DNA of 64,000 nt from a bacterium (GTDB taxonomy: Bacteria > Electryoneota > Electryoneia > Electryoneales > Electryoneaceae). The translations under genes and the position numbers were made by a program. The notes under the pieces are model-generated. The model searched no databases and was not told the origin of the DNA. It was given only the letters and a program-made list of their open reading frames with translations. The stretch is taken from the NCBI GenBank assembly GCA_963669175.1, contig OY769902.1, positions 608,001-672,000 of the forward strand. The letters are read 5' to 3'. This document shows, piece after piece, positions 46,101 to 56,300 of this stretch (positions within the stretch are counted from its first letter, which is position 1; every line of letters begins with the position of its first letter).

Positions 46101-48125
46101 TATATGCTGGCGCCATACTGGGAAAATTTTCAAACGGACAACAACAGCGATATTCTGTATTACCACGATGCAGAGAATGGACTCTTTATTGTTGAGTGGT
46201 CCAAAGTCGCATGGGATATATATGACTGGACATTTGAAATCATTCTGTACGACAACGAAATGTACCCGACACACACAGGCGATACAGACATTCTGTTCCA
46301 GTATAATGCTGTCCCGGGAGGCGGAGGCCAACACGGTTACTATGATGTTACAGGCTTCACAGCAGGCATCGAGAACGGCACACAGGATGATGGCCTGCTG
46401 TATTTCTACTACAATACCTACACACCCGGCAGTGCGGAGATTGCCGAAGGAACCGCAATCCTCTTTACAACAAACTATTTAACAAACACATCCGTGGTTG
46501 AAGGTGTCGTGCGTTCTTCCCAGGACGACCAGCCGGTACAAAATGCTATCGTCACATGTGGACAGGCGTTTGCCGCCCTGACAAACGAGGATGGCTACTT
46601 CTTCATCGATCACATCATTCCCGGTGATTTTACCGTTTCTGTGGAAGCGGACTGCTTTACCCCTCTTGATACCCTGATCACTGTCGGGCTGGATGACACC
46701 CTGAACCTGTCATTGAACCTTTCATATCCGAACTATGAATTGAATGTCCTGGCCATTACCGACACACTTGATATCAACGAAACAACAGAACACCTGCTGA
46801 CCATTCAGAATGATGGCAATGGAACCCTGAAATACTCTTTCTCCGTTGAATCGGCAGGGGAGGAGTTTTTCGCAGGCAAGAGGTCATCGAAAGATATTCT
46901 TGAACTTGATGAACACTGGGATTGTGTCGGCGGTTTTGCCCTGGATAACAGTGAAATTCACTATCGCGGTTTGACCTTTGACGGCCGATCTTTCTGGATT
47001 ACAGGCTCTGATAATTTTGATGTCAGCGGTCCCAACAAACTGTACCGTTATTCACCACAGGGTGAATTCCTGGCTGTCTATGACCAGCCGGTGGAAGCGG
47101 AAAACAGGTCGGCTGTCGGCATGCGGGGAATCGATTTTCATGATGGATTGTATTACGGCGCTGATAATGGCATTCTGTATACCATGACCTTTGAAAATGA
47201 TGAATGGTCGGTGGTTAATAGCGTAAGTGTTCCTGTCAATCCCGCACGTTTCCTCGCGGTTGATCCCGAAAGAAATGCCTTCTGGATGGGTGACAGGGGC
47301 ACAACCATCTGTTGTGTGGACCATGACGGCCAGATCTTGGAAGAGTACAGTCGTGATGATCGTTTTATTCATGGCCTCGACCTGATGCCAGTGCCCATGG
47401 GTGAAACGGCAGCCGATCTCGCCCTGCTCTGCTGGGATCAACAGAATGATCATGCCCTGTTTGAAACCTATCATCCTGCTTCAGAACAGTTCACTCAAGA
47501 CCCGGTTTTCCCCGGTGATTCTTTCGAGCTGGAACCGATAGGAAGCTGTATGATGTACTCCTACCGGCACGCCACCTGGACCTTCGCCTGTATTACCCGC
47601 CACGAAGGGCAGGACAGTGTCCTGGTATGGGAGATGGAACCCTATACCCAATGGGTGTATGTACCGGTTGTCGAAGGAATCATATCACCGGGAAACAGCC
47701 TGGATCATTCTGTTTTCCTCCAATCCCCCATCTTGTTGCCCGGCGCCTACGCGGTTGATTTGATCCTGAACAGCAATGCCTGCAGCGACAACCCGAACCG
47801 GGTAAGGATCTCCATGATTGTCCCAGACAACGATGTTGAAGATCCCGTCATCGAACAACCATTATCATGGGCGCTGGATGCGATCTGGCCCAACCCGTTC
47901 AATCCCACAACCAACATCCGGTATGGCCTGAAGGAAGCAACCACTGTCCACATAAGGGTTTATGACGTGCTGGGGCGTGAAGTAACAACGCTGAAGCATG
48001 AATCGCAGGCAGCCGGTTGGCATGTGATACCTTTCACCGCTCACGACCTGGCCAGTGGGGTTTATTTCCTGCGAGTTGAGGCCGGACCACTACAGGAGAC
48101 GAGGAAACTTATTTTGCTGAAATAA
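43122..48125 (+). CDS. Secreted peptidase C25 (gingipain)-like multidomain protein, paralog 1
   Basis: Signal peptide, C25 propeptide, WKRERG, YIVVVGD, VGVGRIS, NLMGDP; Ig-like, GPDRYGY nidogen-like, beta-propeller-like repeats, PNPFN C-terminal domain; no Cys at the nucleophile position. Confidence 0.85.
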   Translation: MSALRKSWPILAFCLALSQHTFAASLGADTTPTLATLEVTQLQQTNNGFRISLALPEIELETLGSSQLQRFTLQGSGLWTEEGLPPVPMVGSLFRLPPSGGVHVEVLHAEYETLTDINYAAFHESQNHDELDECLNREDRWFPGPLAEVGDPAIFHDFRVANLLTFPIQVNPGRNEARVYHTLDLEISFEGSDTRNTLPAPPTRLSKAMLPMYRTLLDWNEDELDEFELYRGGVQVVMRNDLDLFAIMEEWFQWKRERGWKFELLTNDGIVWSCFGVHDELAARYAEEPFDYIVVVGDDQGDFPAPPGSNIGNGAGDYRFSCIAGDDDLVDVGVGRISIMYHQDASVVFDKLVSYEKNPFMADSSWYLRGLVHNSYDSNSRFECDEVLLQIRNQLLNLGYTTVDTLLGITGEEAISYLEDGVSFYSHVGYCTDGLNGNEVYNIQTGAMWPVVSTFFAGAGTWSQETSTTEIWLRAENNGSPIGAIGAFGTATYAAMIDYQNLLLAGEMYSATVLCNPALGDMNLFADVSLYNNYYAYENYEFTQHINWHNLMGDPTTWIWTGIPQRLTVTEITTLPLGMQVIACDVFDAEGEPVADAWVTLVKDDNGDSTQVMAETDANGHAELFVDLQHDGDATLTVSGQNCYPVQQTIVVVSNHAGCVVDTVQVYENGAFGSSGDGDGVIENGETIALQVSCRNLSEDTVEELILWAESPDDYIDAVTGAIEYTEIEPGEAGFGNGIVLVEIDSRTPDSWLGELQFMLVSDDTVYIDYMLHISAPLPVVPGFVRSEDTGTCTIIVPITNTGGGDLAGGTIMLASRSNQVNIVQGEAMMPALAPGMTTEIEFEISASDNRIGGYPADMTVIISSEDNALFHTPFTLYLGEAETTDPTGPDRYGYLAFDNTDISYHDYAPDYEWIEIDPDADDIDFIGTSLELSDTGENLDDAALVELPFDVFYYGANFDEITVTTNGMAAFGDQRRLTFAKNRIIPDPLGPQYMLAPYWENFQTDNNSDILYYHDAENGLFIVEWSKVAWDIYDWTFEIILYDNEMYPTHTGDTDILFQYNAVPGGGGQHGYYDVTGFTAGIENGTQDDGLLYFYYNTYTPGSAEIAEGTAILFTTNYLTNTSVVEGVVRSSQDDQPVQNAIVTCGQAFAALTNEDGYFFIDHIIPGDFTVSVEADCFTPLDTLITVGLDDTLNLSLNLSYPNYELNVLAITDTLDINETTEHLLTIQNDGNGTLKYSFSVESAGEEFFAGKRSSKDILELDEHWDCVGGFALDNSEIHYRGLTFDGRSFWITGSDNFDVSGPNKLYRYSPQGEFLAVYDQPVEAENRSAVGMRGIDFHDGLYYGADNGILYTMTFENDEWSVVNSVSVPVNPARFLAVDPERNAFWMGDRGTTICCVDHDGQILEEYSRDDRFIHGLDLMPVPMGETAADLALLCWDQQNDHALFETYHPASEQFTQDPVFPGDSFELEPIGSCMMYSYRHATWTFACITRHEGQDSVLVWEMEPYTQWVYVPVVEGIISPGNSLDHSVFLQSPILLPGAYAVDLILNSNACSDNPNRVRISMIVPDNDVEDPVIEQPLSWALDAIWPNPFNPTTNIRYGLKEATTVHIRVYDVLGREVTTLKHESQAAGWHVIPFTAHDLASGVYFLRVEAGPLQETRKLILLK

Positions 48126-48218
48126 TGTCTTGCGTTTAAATCATCCATACAATAAGATTAACTATTCTATTCAGGTTCTCATTGCTGTAAAATGCTTGTC
48201 ATCATAAGGATGAACGAC

Positions 48219-51200
48219 ATGAAACGGATATTTTTTGCATTGTCCGTCCTGATAGCCACAACGGTATATCTCTGTCCCGGGCAAGCGTTTAGCGATACCG
48301 CTCAAAACGATATGTTTTCACCAATTCAGGTACTGCAGTGTACACAATCCCCAGATGGTTTGAACCTTTCCCTTGCCATTCGTTCCCCACATATTGAAAC
48401 CGTATCCGAATCCAACCTTTTACAACTGGCCACCTATTCCGGGGCCGGAATGCGGACCACCCCAGGTGAACCGGCAACCCCAACTATCGGCCGCCTGTTT
48501 CGTCTACCATCAACAGGTGGAATAACCGTGGAAGTGCTGAATGCTGAATTCGAAACCCTGACCGACATTCGCTACGCCGCCAGGGTTGGTGAGCTGGATG
48601 AAGCGGACATTGAGTTTGGTGCTTGTACGAACCTGCAGGACGCCTGGTATCCCGGTCCACTGGTAGAAGCCGGTGACCCCGCCATCTTTCATGACTTCCG
48701 TGTTGCCAGCCTGATCACCAACCCGGTACAGGTTAATCCTGCACGAAACGAAATTCGGGTATACAGCAGAATTAACCTGAACATCAGGTTTGAAGGGACG
48801 GATAGCCGCAATTCGCTTCCCACTACTCCTCATCGATTAAGCAAGGCGCTGTTGCCATTTTATCGAGAAATGCTAGACTGGAATGAAGACGAACTGGATG
48901 ATTTTGAACTGTATCGCGGTGGTGTCCAAGTAATTATGCAGGATGACCCGGTGCTGTTTAACCTGATGGAGGACTGGTTCCGCTGGAAACGTCAAAAGGG
49001 CTGGATCCTGGAAGTACTGACAGATTCCGACGTCACTTGGACGGGGGAAGGCATTCGCAGCGAATTACTGGACCGGTACCAACAGCAACCATTTGATTAT
49101 GTTGTTGTTGTAGGAGACAATGAAGGACGCTGGCCTGCTCCAGCAAGCTCATATAGCAGTTCATGTTTTGGCGATTTCCGTTATGGTTGCATGGCTGGAG
49201 ATGACTACCTGGTGGATTTGGGGGTTGGGAGAATTTCCATTGCCGATAGCGCTGAGGCCGCTGTCGTTTTCAGCAAACTGGTCGCCTACGAAGAATCACC
49301 TTTCCTTGAAGATACATCCTGGTATAACAGGGGGCTTGCACATATATCAGATAATCATACCTTTTTATATGAGCGGGATGATATTTTGCAACAGGTACGT
49401 CAGCAATTGCTCAACATCGGATACACGACTGTTGATACGTTGATGTATGTCAACAACAGCGAGGCCATTGCCTATCTCAATGCAGGCGTTTCCGTCTATG
49501 CGCATAATGGCTACTTTCGCGATGGGCCTTCCATTGCCCAGATTGCACAATTGACCAATTACAACATGTTGCCCGTTGTAAACTCAATGACAGAATATGC
49601 AAACAACTGTTTCAGCGAACTCAGTTTTATGGAAGCCTGGTTTCGTGCAGGCGTTGTGGGTGCACCCACCGGCGCAATTGGCGGGCTTGGTCTGGGACAT
49701 ACCCTGGAATGTGGAATGCAAAACGTACTTGTAACCGGCGCTTTATGCTCTGCCACTCTTTCAAGAATTCCAGAACTGGGGGGCATGAGTAGAGGAGCGA
49801 GTGTTTCGCTGTATACAAATTATTACTCCAATCGGACTACTAACACTATACGCGCCCTTCACGATTTCAACTTGATTGGCGATCCGACAACCTGGTTATG
49901 GACAGACATCCCAGCCCCGTTGACAGTTGCTGCTCCTGATACCCTTGCTCCAGGATGGCAAGCGATAACCTGTTTTGTTACCACTGATGAAGGGACTCCT
50001 GTTGAGGACGCGTGGGTGACAATGGACAAAACAGACAATGGAGATGAATGGACTGTTCCCGGGGAAACGGACGCATATGGAGTTGTTACTGTTTTATGTG
50101 ATTTTCAGCATACCGGGGAAGCCACTCTGACTGTCACTGCACAGAATTGTCAGCCTTATCGCAAAACGATCGTTGTCTCAACGGCGAATACCTGTCTCGG
50201 GATTGATACGGTTGTTGTTTATGATGACGGTAGCTATGCCTCCAGTGGGGACGGCGATGGTATTGCGGAAAACGGCGAGCGTATCGCTCTGCGTTGTCAA
50301 CTGGCAAATCATGATGAATTGGCAGCCAACGATATTACTTTGACCGCTCTCGATACTGACCAGTATATCACCCATGTATCAGGTTCAATCTTGTATACTC
50401 AGATTGCGCCCGGTGAAAGCGACTGGGGAAACGGCGCTGTGCTTGTGGATATTCACCCCAGTACACCGGATAGCTGGTTGGCTAACCTGCAATTTTCGTA
50501 CTCTGATCAGCCGGGACATACGACAGAGTGTCAGCTCGCCATTGCCGCACCAGCCATACAAACTGTGTCCGATCTTCAAGTCAATACGTTCAGAGATGTT
50601 GATATCTCTATTCCCGTAGTAAATAATGGCAACGGTGATTTATCAGCAGGTACCGCACGTTTGTTTTCAAACTGCATGAGTGTTGAAGTCCAGAACAATA
50701 TATGCACAATCGCAGCGCTTGAACCGGGCGAACAGGACATACTTCATTTCAACCTCAATGTTGCAACTTCCAGGATAGCCGGTTTTCCTGCTTCGCTGGG
50801 TGTGTGCGTCAACACCGAAAATAACGGCCACTACTTTTTCCCTGTGACAATCATTCTCGGCATAGCTCAGGTAACTGATCCTGTCGGTCCTGACGAATAC
50901 GGCTATATGGCTTTCGATGATTCTGACACTGCGTATCTTGATTATACTCCACACTTTGACTGGGTGGAGCTGGATACAACGGAAGATGATTTTGACTTTG
51001 TTGGCAACAACCTGGGATTAAGCGACGAAGGGGAGGGGCATGATGCCGCTGCCCTGGTTCCATTACCATTTGACGTTCAGTATTACGGTGAAACCTTCGA
51101 TTGTATTACCGTTGTTACAAATGGAATTGCCGCTTTCGGTGACCAGCAAAGACTGGCCTTTTCCCGTAACAGGATCATCCCGGACCCGCTTGGACCGCAG

Positions 51201-53222
51201 AACATGTTAGCGCCTTACTGGGACAACCTGAACACCAATGATCAAACTGCTATTCTTACGTATTACGATGCACTGTCTGACCGGTTTATCATCGAATGGT
51301 CCCAATTAAACTACGGACAAAACTATTGGACCTTTGAAATAATCCTGTATAATCAGGAAACCTACCCGACGCCTGTCGGCGATACCGATATTTTATTTCA
51401 GTACCTGACCGTCACTGCAAATGAAGGAACACACGGAAGTTATGATGTACCCGGTTTTACCACAGGTATCGAAAATGGCAGCCAGGATGACGGTCTTTTG
51501 TACGCGTATACCAACGAATATGCAACTGGTGCGGCGCCAGTCGAAAACAACAGGGCTATTCTTTTTACTTCTTCGGTTGTGCAAACCGGAATACCATTTG
51601 GCGGACAAGTGCTGGATGCAGATTCTATTCCTCTTGCAGATGTGCTGGTATTAGCGGATTTCTTCAGCATTGCCATGACAGACCAAAATGGATACTTCCA
51701 TTTCGATCAGATTCCTTTCAGCCCAACCGAGTTCTCCCTGGAAAAAGACTGCTATACTACCCTTGATACCATTATTGAACACGGCGAGGCTGACACTCTT
51801 GAGGCGCTCTTTGTTCTGGGACGCCCCGATTATCAGCTAGAACCGGAGATAATCGTTGACACCCTGGGCACGTACGAATCTGCCACGCACAACATTAGTA
51901 TTACTAATAGCGGTAGCGGCAGGTTAGACTATTCGTTGGGCATTGAAATCACCGAGGGGCAGTGCTGCGCCAAACAGTCGGCCGGACGACTTACGCATGA
52001 ATTGGATCAGCGCTGGGATCGAATTGCAAGTTTTGGACTGGATGAATCTGAATTACACTATCGCGGATTGGCGTTTGATGACGAAACTTTCTGGATCAGC
52101 GGTTCGAACGGGTATGATGAAGATGGCCCCAATAAACTATACCGATATTCCATTTCGGGGGATTTGCTGGGTGTTTATGATCAACCGGTCCTCCCTGAAA
52201 ATCGTTCTCCCTCAGGTATGATGGGGCTTGATTATGATGATCATTGCCTTTATGGCGTAGACAACGGAGTTTTGTATACCATGACCTTTGCTGATGATGC
52301 TCTGACTGTAACCTCCACAACCCCGGTGCCAGTGAATCCGGCTCGTTACCTGGCTGTTGATCCGGAACGGGGGGTTTTCTGGATGGGCGACACACGAACT
52401 GAAATAAAGGGAGTAAACCTGAATGGCCAGGTTGAATACAGTCTGGATGCAAGTGAATTCAGGTTTTGTGCTGGTGACATGTTGCCCGTTGATCCAGGAT
52501 CTGGAATGTCCGAAATCGCTTTCCTGGAGTGGGATAATCTTAATCATGAAGCATATTTTCATACTTTTGACCCAAGCACCGGAAATTCGCAGATTATTCA
52601 GGATTTCCCCTCGGAAAACTACCTTGAAGAGCCCATTGGCGCTTGCATAACCCGATCCCTTTATGAATCAATATGGACATTCGCAAGTATCGTAACACAT
52701 GAAACTCAAGACAGCCTGATTGTGTGGGAATTGACCCCACATGTCCAATGGTTGTATATGCCGGCAATAGAAGGCAGTATACTTCCTGGCGAAACATGCT
52801 TTCACCGCGTAACTCTTAACGCATTAACCCTGGCACCGGAAACATACACTGCAGATCTGGTCCTCTATAGCACTGCCTGTAGCGATAATCCGAACCGGAT
52901 TACCATTCAAATGACGACAACTGGTGAACATGTCGAGGATTCCCAGAAGAGCCGTCCTCTTGAATGGGCGCTGGATGCGATCTGGCCCAACCCGTTCAAT
53001 CCCACAACCAACATCCGGTATGGCCTGAAGGAAGCAACCACTGTCCACATAAGGGTTTATGACGTGCTGGGGCGTGAAGTAACAACGCTGAAGCATGAAT
53101 CGCAGGCAGCCGGTTGGCATGTGATACCTTTCACCGCTCACGACCTGGCTAGTGGGGTTTATTTCCTGCGAGTTGAGGCCGGACCACTACAGGAGACGAG
53201 GAAACTTATTTTGCTAAAATAA
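48219..53222 (+). CDS. Secreted peptidase C25-like multidomain protein, paralog 2
   Basis: Same architecture; start 48219 after TAAGGA; nucleophile position reads MTEY. Confidence 0.85.
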   Translation: MKRIFFALSVLIATTVYLCPGQAFSDTAQNDMFSPIQVLQCTQSPDGLNLSLAIRSPHIETVSESNLLQLATYSGAGMRTTPGEPATPTIGRLFRLPSTGGITVEVLNAEFETLTDIRYAARVGELDEADIEFGACTNLQDAWYPGPLVEAGDPAIFHDFRVASLITNPVQVNPARNEIRVYSRINLNIRFEGTDSRNSLPTTPHRLSKALLPFYREMLDWNEDELDDFELYRGGVQVIMQDDPVLFNLMEDWFRWKRQKGWILEVLTDSDVTWTGEGIRSELLDRYQQQPFDYVVVVGDNEGRWPAPASSYSSSCFGDFRYGCMAGDDYLVDLGVGRISIADSAEAAVVFSKLVAYEESPFLEDTSWYNRGLAHISDNHTFLYERDDILQQVRQQLLNIGYTTVDTLMYVNNSEAIAYLNAGVSVYAHNGYFRDGPSIAQIAQLTNYNMLPVVNSMTEYANNCFSELSFMEAWFRAGVVGAPTGAIGGLGLGHTLECGMQNVLVTGALCSATLSRIPELGGMSRGASVSLYTNYYSNRTTNTIRALHDFNLIGDPTTWLWTDIPAPLTVAAPDTLAPGWQAITCFVTTDEGTPVEDAWVTMDKTDNGDEWTVPGETDAYGVVTVLCDFQHTGEATLTVTAQNCQPYRKTIVVSTANTCLGIDTVVVYDDGSYASSGDGDGIAENGERIALRCQLANHDELAANDITLTALDTDQYITHVSGSILYTQIAPGESDWGNGAVLVDIHPSTPDSWLANLQFSYSDQPGHTTECQLAIAAPAIQTVSDLQVNTFRDVDISIPVVNNGNGDLSAGTARLFSNCMSVEVQNNICTIAALEPGEQDILHFNLNVATSRIAGFPASLGVCVNTENNGHYFFPVTIILGIAQVTDPVGPDEYGYMAFDDSDTAYLDYTPHFDWVELDTTEDDFDFVGNNLGLSDEGEGHDAAALVPLPFDVQYYGETFDCITVVTNGIAAFGDQQRLAFSRNRIIPDPLGPQNMLAPYWDNLNTNDQTAILTYYDALSDRFIIEWSQLNYGQNYWTFEIILYNQETYPTPVGDTDILFQYLTVTANEGTHGSYDVPGFTTGIENGSQDDGLLYAYTNEYATGAAPVENNRAILFTSSVVQTGIPFGGQVLDADSIPLADVLVLADFFSIAMTDQNGYFHFDQIPFSPTEFSLEKDCYTTLDTIIEHGEADTLEALFVLGRPDYQLEPEIIVDTLGTYESATHNISITNSGSGRLDYSLGIEITEGQCCAKQSAGRLTHELDQRWDRIASFGLDESELHYRGLAFDDETFWISGSNGYDEDGPNKLYRYSISGDLLGVYDQPVLPENRSPSGMMGLDYDDHCLYGVDNGVLYTMTFADDALTVTSTTPVPVNPARYLAVDPERGVFWMGDTRTEIKGVNLNGQVEYSLDASEFRFCAGDMLPVDPGSGMSEIAFLEWDNLNHEAYFHTFDPSTGNSQIIQDFPSENYLEEPIGACITRSLYESIWTFASIVTHETQDSLIVWELTPHVQWLYMPAIEGSILPGETCFHRVTLNALTLAPETYTADLVLYSTACSDNPNRITIQMTTTGEHVEDSQKSRPLEWALDAIWPNPFNPTTNIRYGLKEATTVHIRVYDVLGREVTTLKHESQAAGWHVIPFTAHDLASGVYFLRVEAGPLQETRKLILLK

Positions 53223-53317
53223 CACTCATGGTAGTGCATTTATCAATATTTGCCCTATTTTAGTATAGCCAATCATACATGGAAATGATTGGAGAAGAGA
53301 CGAAGGGGCGGTGAACT

Positions 53318-56300
53318 ATGAGAAAGAGCGCTAGATTCTCCTTGTTGGTGTTGCTGGTGATTGTCAATGCCGGGATTTGTGTTGCCCGTTATCCAGATTC
53401 AATAAACCCGTTATCTGAAATGCAGGTGTTGGAGTGTGACCGTTCCGCTGTGGGCTGCAATATCACACTTACCTTTTCCCAACCAGCATTTGGGCCTGTT
53501 GATTCGGATTCTTCCCTTACCATAGCAAGTTATTCCGGTGAAATCCTTTTACAGGAAAGCGGCCAACCGGCAACACCTGTCCTGGGTGGCGCGTTTCGTT
53601 TGCCTGCGTCGGGTGGGGCGCATGTCAGCATTGTCAATGCTGAATACACTACGCTGACCGATATCGAATACGCTGCTTTTGCCGGAGAACTGGACGAGAT
53701 CGCCTATTCCACCTGCACCCTGCAACAGGACGCCTGGTATCCGGGAAGACTCGCTGACATTGGTGAAGCTGCAATCTTTCATGATTTTCGTGTCGCAAAC
53801 CTGCTGGCTCACCCGGTACAGGTAAACCCGGCACGAAATGAAGTTCGTGTCTATAGCCGTATGGATATCGCCATCGAATATGACGGTTCCGACAACAACA
53901 ATTGCCTTCCTGCGCCTGTAACACACATCAGCAAAACCTTCCTGCCCTGGTATCGCTTGTTGATGGATTGGGATGAAGGCGAGCTGGATGAATACGAATT
54001 GTACCGTGGCGCTGTTCAGGTAGTTATGCGGGACGACGATGTATTGATGACCCTTATGGAAGACTGGTTCGAATGGAAACGCATGAAGGGCTGGACCCTG
54101 GAATTGCTTACCGACAGTGATGTTGAATGGAGTTCTGTGAATATCGCCGGGGAACTGGCATCCCGTTACGAGGAAAATCCTTTTGATTTTGTAGTTATTA
54201 TCGGTGATGATCAGGGTAGTTTTACAGTTCCTCCGGGAGTTGGTTCCGGTTCACCGGGCGGGGATCAACCGTACTCAACCCTGGCGGGCGGGGACAACCT
54301 GGCAGATGTTCACGTCGGACGCATCTCGGTGAATACTGCCGCCCAATGCAGCAACGCTTCCTACAAGCTGGTGTCCTACGAATCAGAGCCCTGTGTGGAT
54401 GATAGCGCAGGTTGGTTTGAACATGGCCTGCTGCATATTTCCGACACTCATGTTGACCCCCAGAAAAAAACCATGTTCCGTCAAATGCGATCTTGGATGC
54501 TGGAGCGTACATACGAAACTGTAGATACCGTGTTTTCTACAGTTGACCAGGACGCTATAGATATTATCAATGATGGCGTGAGCTTTTATTCCGCACAGGG
54601 ATATCTCGGGACAGCCTTGAACCAATACCAGATTAATGAGTTGACAAACAATTCGAAACTACCGGCGATTTTGGAATACTCCTGTTATACCGGGAATTGG
54701 TCCCAGAATACTTCTCTTTCGGAGTGGTGGTTCCGGGCTACCAATGGCGATTATCCCAGTGGAGCTATCGGTACAGTAGGTATTTCAACCTGTTCTGAAA
54801 GCCAGGCTTGTTTGAAAACCTTGAATGCTGGTGGCGCATACTCGCTTATCGTGCTTGGCGATCCCCATATGGGCGCATCCCTTACCGGCGGGAAGTTTGC
54901 CCTGTGGCAAAACCTGCATGGGTATAACGACAGTTATTACAACAACCATTGCCAGTGGACTAACCTGATCGGTGATCCTACAACATGGATCTGGACCGAT
55001 GTTCCCGATACGATTGTTGTCAACTACACATCCACCATTGAGCCCGGCGATCATTATTATCCTGTAAGTGTCTATAACGAGGCAACTGCTATTGAAGGAG
55101 CCTGGGTAACTCTCTACAAAGTTGATAACAACGAAGATTTTGTTGCAACGGCCGAAACAGACGCCAGCGGCTATGCCTCGCTTGATTTGGATATTCACTT
55201 TCCCGGCGTCGCAACCCTGACTGTAACTGCACAGAACTGTATACCCCTGCAATACAATATTGCTGTTGATGAAGCGTTTCAGAATATCGGCTTTACCGAA
55301 TTGACAATCATTGATGATGGCACGCGTGGCACCAGCGGTGATGGTGATGGCCTGGCGGATGCCGGGGAAACAATTGGGCTGTTATTCACCCTGCGAAACT
55401 ATGGGGCGCTGGAGGAAACCAATATCACGCTCTCGGCGACCACGGATGATTTCTGGCTGTATGACCTTACAGGCACAATCACGCTTGAATCACTTGAACC
55501 GGAAAGCGAAACAACACTGGATGATGTAATTCTGGTCACCGTAGACGATCAGGTTCGGAACCATTGGCTTGCCCCCGTGTCCCTACGAATCGATTCCGAT
55601 ATGGGAGCCTATTTCGACACGATAAGACTGGCATTACATGCCCCCGACCTTGGCATTGTTGCTGATAACATAAACGAAGGGCCTGGCTTGCAGACGTTGG
55701 AACTGGAGATGTTCAATCTTGGCAGCCAGACAATGTCGGCAGGAGAAATTGTCCTTTTCAGTTGTTCGGATAATCTTGAACTGAATACAACTTTGAACAC
55801 CCCCGAGTTGGCCGTTGGGCAATCCTGTGACCTGGAAACGGAAGTAACCATCAGCGACACTTGCATTCCCGGGCAATTCGCCCAGATTGTTGCACTTCTC
55901 TACACAGATGATGGCTTTTCAGATACCGTTTCCACCCAAATTGTCCTGGGCACTCCCGGTGATGGAGACCCTGCCGGTCCTGACAATTATGGCTATTATG
56001 CCTTTGACATTGGCGACACCAGTTACGCAGAGTATGCACCGGACTATGAGTGGGTTGAAATCTGTCCTGTTGAAGATCCCTATCATTACGAAGGCACAGC
56101 CCTGCCGGAACAACAGGGACATTCGCTGATAAGTGCGCTTGTTGATCTACCTTTCCCGGTTCAGTTTTATGGCCACACATTTGAACAGGTAACAATAACC
56201 TCTATGGGGTTTATTGCCTTCGGTGACCAGGTTGGTTGGCCCCACAACGTAAGCCATCGTCTTCCCAGTGCCATGGCGCCCCAAAGTATGATAGCGGCCT

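Noticed and set aside
47867-53222. Diversity-generating retroelement TR/VR pair
   Set aside because: No reverse transcriptase in the window, both copies are coding, and there are only two synonymous differences.
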